Assembly (NCBI GenBank): GCA_964016885.1 | Contig: OZ024743.1 | Coordinates: 276,706,001 to 276,770,000 of the forward strand | Source of the DNA: Eledone cirrhosa | Lineage: Eukaryota | Length of the DNA stretch: 64,000 nucleotides | Direction of reading: 5' to 3' | Shown: one piece after another, positions 59,501 to 64,000 of the stretch | Layout: every line of letters begins with the position of its first letter | How positions within the stretch are numbered: the stretch's first letter is position 1 | Notes under the pieces: generated by a model | What the model saw: only the letters and a program-made list of their open reading frames with translations | Told to the model about the DNA's origin: nothing | Databases searched by the model: none | Program-made: the position numbers and the translations under genes

Positions 59501-62500
59501 TGTTGCTGGTAGTGTTGTTGTTGGTAGTGTTCTTGTTGGTAGTGTTGTTGCTGGTAGTGTTGTTGTTGGTAGTGTTGTTGTTGGTAGTGTTGTTGCTGGT
59601 AGTGTTGTTGTTGGTATTGTTGTTGCTGGTAGTGTTGTTGCTGGTAGTGTTGTTGCTGGTACTGTTGTTGTTGGTATTATTGTTGCTGGTAGTGTTGTTA
59701 CTGGTATTGTTGTTGTTGGTAGTGTTGTTGTTGGTAGTGTTGTTGCTGGTAGTGTTGTTGTTGGTATTGTTGTTGTTGGTATTGTTGTTGTTTGTATTGT
59801 TGTTGCTGGTAGTGTTGTTGCTGGTAGTGTTGTTGTTGGTAGTGTTGTTGTTGGTATTGTTGTTGTTTGTATTGTTGTTGCTGGTAGTGTTGTTGTTGGT
59901 ATTATTGTTGCTGGTATTGTTGTTGCTGGTATTGTTGTTGTTGGTATTATTGTTGCTGGTAGTGTTATTGCTGGTATTGTTGTTGCTGGTATTGTTGCTG
60001 CTGGTATTGTTGTTGCTGGTAGTGTTGTTGTTGGTATTGTTGTTGTTGGTATTGTTGTTGTTGGTAGTGTTGTTGCTGGTAGTGTTGTTGTTGGTAGTGT
60101 TGTTGCTGGTAGTGTTGTTGTTGGTAGTGTTGTTGCTGGTAGTGTTGTTGTTGGTAGTGTTGTTGTTGGTAGTGTTGTTGTTGGTAGTGTTGTTGTTGGT
60201 AGTGTTGTTGTTGGTAGTGTTGTTGCTGGTAGTGTTGTTGTTGGTAGTGTTGTTGTTGGTAGTGTTGTTGTTGGTAGTGTTGTTGTTGGTAGTGTTGTTG
60301 TTGGTAGTGTTGTTGCTGGTAGTGTTGTTGTTGGTAGTGTTGTTGTTGGTAGTGTTGTTGTTGGTAGTGTTGTTGTTGGTAGTGTTGTTGTTGGTAGTGT
60401 TGTTGTTGGTAGTGTTGTTGCTGGTAGTGTTGTTGTTGGTAGTGTTGTTGTTGGTAGTGTTGTTGTTGGTAGTGTTGTTGTTGGTAGTGTTGTTGCTGGT
60501 AGTGTTGTTGTTGGTATTGTTGTTGTTGGTATTGTTGTTGTTGGTAGTGTTGTTGCTGGTAGTGTTGTTGTTGGTAGTGTTGTTGTGGGTAGTGTTGTTG
60601 TTGGTAGTGTTGTTGCTGGTAGTGTTGTTGTTGGTAGTGTTGTTGTTGGTATTGTTGTTGCTGGTATTGTTGTTGTTGGTAGTGTTGTTGCTGGTATTGT
60701 TGTTGTTGGTATTGTTGTTGCTGGTATTGCTGTTGTTGGTATTGTTGTTGTTGGTTTTGTTGTTGCCGGTATTGTTGTTGTTGGTATTGTTGTTGTTGGT
60801 ATTGTTGTTGCTGGTAGTGTTGTTGTTGGTATTGTTGTTGTTGGTAGTGTTGTTGCTGGTAGTGTTGTTGTTGGTAGTGTTGTTGCTGGTAGTGTTGTTG
60901 TTGGTATTGTTGTTGCTGGTATTGTTGTTGTTGGTAGTGTTGTTGCTGGTATTGTTGTTGCCGGTATTGTTGTTGTTGGTATTGTTGTTGTTGGTAGTGT
61001 TGTTGCTGGTAGTGTTGTTGTTGGTAGTGTTGTTGCTGGTAGTGTTGTTGCTGGTAGTGTTGTTGCTGGTATTGTTGTTGCTGGTATTGTTGTTGTTGGT
61101 AGTGTTGTTGCTGGTATTGTTGTTGCCGGTATTGTTGTTGTTGGTATTGTTGTTGTTGGTAGTGTTGTTGCTGGTAGTGTTGTTGTTGGTTGTGTTGTTG
61201 CTGGTAGTGTTGTTGCTGGTAGTGTTGTTGCTGGTATTGTTGTTGTTGGTATTGTTGTTGTTGGTAATGTTGTTGCTGGTAGTGTTGTTGCTGGTAGTGT
61301 TGTTGCTGGTAGTGTTGTTGCTGGTAGTGTTGTTGTTGGTATTGTTGTTGTTGGTAGTGTTGTTGCTGGTATTGTTGTTGCTGGTATTGCTGTTGCTGGT
61401 AGTGTTGTTACTGGTAGTGTTGTTGTTGGTATTGTTGTTGTTGGTAATGTTGTTGCTGGTAGTGTTGTTGCTGGTAGTGTTGTTGCTGGTAGTGTTGTTG
61501 CTGGTAGTGTTGTTGTTGGTATTGTTGTTGTTGGTAGTGTTGTTGCTGGTATTGTTGTTGCTGGTATTGCTGTTGCTGGTAGTGTTGTTGCTGGTATTGT
61601 TGTTGCTGGTAGTGTTGTTGTTGGTATTGCTGTTGCTGGTAGTGTTGTTGCTGGTAGTGTTGTTGCTGGTAGTGTTGTTGTTGGTAGTGTTGTTGTTGGT
61701 AGTGTTGTTGCTGGTAGTGTTGTTGTTGGTAGTGTTGTTGCTGGTAGTGTTGTTGCTGGTACTGTTGTTGTTGGTATTGTTGTTGTTGGTATTGTTGTTG
61801 TTGGTAGTGTTGTTGCTGGTAGTGTTGTTGTTGGTAGTGTTGTTGTTGGTAGTGTTGTTGTTGGTAGTGTTGTTGCTGGTACTGTTGTTGCTGGTAGTGT
61901 TGTTGTTGGTAGTGTTGTTGTTGGTAGTGTTGTTGTTGGTATTGTTGTTGTTGGTATTGTTGTTACTGGTAGTGTTGTTGCTGGTAGTGTTGTTGTTGGT
62001 AGTGTTGTTGTTGGTATTGTTGTTGCTGGTATTGTTGTTGCTGGTAGTGTTGTTGCTGGTAGTGTTGTTGCTGGTATTGTTGTTGCTGGTATTGTTGTTG
62101 TTGGTAGTGTTGTTGTTGGTATTGTTGTTGCTGGTAGTGTTGTTGTTGGTATTGCTGTTGCTGGTAGTGTTGTTGCTGGTAGTGTTGTTGTTGGTAGTGT
62201 TGTTGTTGGTAGTGTTGTTGCTGGTAGTGTTGTTGCTGGTAGTGTTGTTGTTGGTAGTGTTGTTGCTGGTACTGTTGTTGCTGGTAGTGTTGTTGTTGGT
62301 AGTGTTGTTACTGGTAGTGTTGTTGCTGGTATTGTTGTTGCTGGTAGTGTTGTTGCTGGTAGTGTTGTTGCTGGTATTGTTGTTGCTGGTATTGTTGTTG
62401 TTGGTAGTGTTGTTACTGGTATTGTTGTTGCTGGTATTGTTGTTGCTGGTAGTGTTGTTGCTGGTAGTGTTGTTACTGGTAGTGTTGTTGTTGGTAGTGT

Positions 62501-64000
62501 TGTTGCTGGTAGTGTTGTTGCTGGTAGTGTTGTTGCTGGTATTGTCGTTGCTGGTAGTGTTGTTGCTGGTAGTGTTGTTGCTGGTATTGTTGTTGCTGGT
62601 AGTGTTGTTGCTGGTATTGTTGTTGCTGGTAGTGTTGTTGTTGGTATTGCTGTTGCTGGTAGTTTTGTTGCTGGTAGTGTTGTTGTTGGTAGTGTTGTTG
62701 TTGGTATTGTTGTTGCTGGTAGTGTTGTTGTTGGTATTGTTGTTGCTGGTATTGTTGTTGCTGGTGTTGTTGTTGGTAGTGTTGTTGCTGGTAGTGTTGT
62801 TGTTGGTATTGTTGTTGCTGGTAGTGTTGTTGTTGGTATTGTTGTTGCTGGTAGTGTTGTTGTTGGTATTGTTGTTGTTGGTAGTGTTGTTGCTGGTATT
62901 GTTGTTGCTGGTGTTGTTGTTGGTATTGTTGTTGCTGGTAGTGTTGTTGTTGGTATTGTTGTTGTTGGTAGTGTTGTTGCTGGTATTGTTGTTGTTGGTA
63001 TTGTTGTTGTTGGTAGTGTTGTTGCTGGTACTGTTGTTGTTGTTGGTAGTGTTGTTGCTGGTATTGTTGTTGCTGGTAGTGTTGTTGTTGGTATTGTTGT
63101 TGTTGGTATTGTTGTTGTTGGTAATGTTGTTGCTGGTAGTGTTGTTGCTGGTATTGTTGTTGTTGGTATTGTTGTTGTTGGTAATGTTGTTGCTGGTAGT
63201 GTTGTTGCTGGTAGTGTTGTTGTTGGTATTGTTGTTGCTGGTGTTGTTGTTGGTATTGTTGTTGTTGGTATTGTTGTTGTTGGTAGTGTTGTTGCTGGTA
63301 GTGTTGTTGTTGGTAGTGTTGTTGTTGGTATTGTTGTTGTTGGTAATGTTGTTGCTGGTAGTGTTGTTGCTGGTATTGTTGTTGTTGGTATTGTTGTTGC
63401 TGGTATTGTTGTTGTTGGTATTGTTGTTGTTGGTAGTGTTGTTGCTGGTATTGTTGTTGTTGTTGGTAGTGTTGTTGCTGGTATTGTTGTTGCTGGTAGT
63501 GTTGTTGCTGATAGTGTTGTTGTTGGTATTGTTGTTGTTGGTATTGTTGTTGTTGGTAGTGTTGTTGTTGGTATTGTTGTTGCTGGTAGTGTTGTTGCTG
63601 GTGTTGTTGTTGTTGGTATTGTTGTTGCTGGTATTGTTGTTGTTGGTATTCTTGCTGCTGGTATTGTTGTTGTTGGTATTTTTGTTGCTGGTAGTGTTGT
63701 TGCTGGTATTGTTGTTGCTGGTAGTGTTGTTGTTGGTATTGTTTTTGCTGGTAGTGTTGTTGCTGGTAGTGTTGTTGTTGGTAGTGTTGTTGCTGGTATT
63801 GTTGTTGTTGGTATTGCTTTTGCTGGTATTGTTGTTTTTGGTAGTGTTGTTGTTGGTATTGTTGTTGCTGGTATTGTTGTTGCTGGTATTGTTGTTGTTG
63901 GTAGTGTTGTTGCTGGTATTGTTGTTGTTGGTATTTTTGTTGCTGGTAGTGTTGTTGCTGGTAGTGTTGTTGCTGGTAGTGTTGTTGTTGGTATTGTTGT
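53506..64000. repeat. 15-bp minisatellite (GTTGTTG[T/C]TGGTA[G/T]T)n, >10.5 kb, continuing past the window end
   Basis: Direct reading. The minus strand translates as TTT(L/I)P repeats (ORF 53420-55447; the frame appears open further upstream), but coding status is unsupported. Confidence 0.95.

Noticed and set aside
53506-64000. Canonical telomere repeat
   Set aside because: No TTAGGG-type units; the heterogeneous 15-mer with higher-order structure is unlike a telomerase product.

Overview
Eukaryotic, AT-rich, microsatellite-dense DNA. The SINE, microsatellite and retroelement repertoire resembles octopus/cephalopod genomes (inference). No clear host gene is present; nearly all coding signal is retroelement. 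The left 35 kb is a mosaic: two R4/Dong-like RLE LINE copies, a decayed near-full-length Tx1-clade LINE plus fragments, a CR1/L2-group LINE, RTE fragments, a 5'-truncated Penelope-like element (PLE; GIY-YIG), a probable solo LTR and many tRNA-derived SINEs. It also holds several fold-back elements in (TA)n, some with minimal type I hammerhead ribozyme motifs. At 35.6-53.1 kb lie three intact, near-identical, full-length Tx1-clade elements, head-to-tail with 5839-bp period and joined only by (AAT)5. A >10.5 kb 15-bp G/T-rich minisatellite then runs off the window end. Most notable: (i) the intact tandem Tx1 array; (ii) splice donor/polypyrimidine/acceptor motifs at the ORF1-ORF2 junction in two diverged Tx1 subfamilies plus a 5'UTR donor, suggesting splicing-based ORF2 expression; (iii) palindromic non-autonomous PLE-like elements with a non-canonical hammerhead core; (iv) Dong and Tx1 both in (AAT)n.
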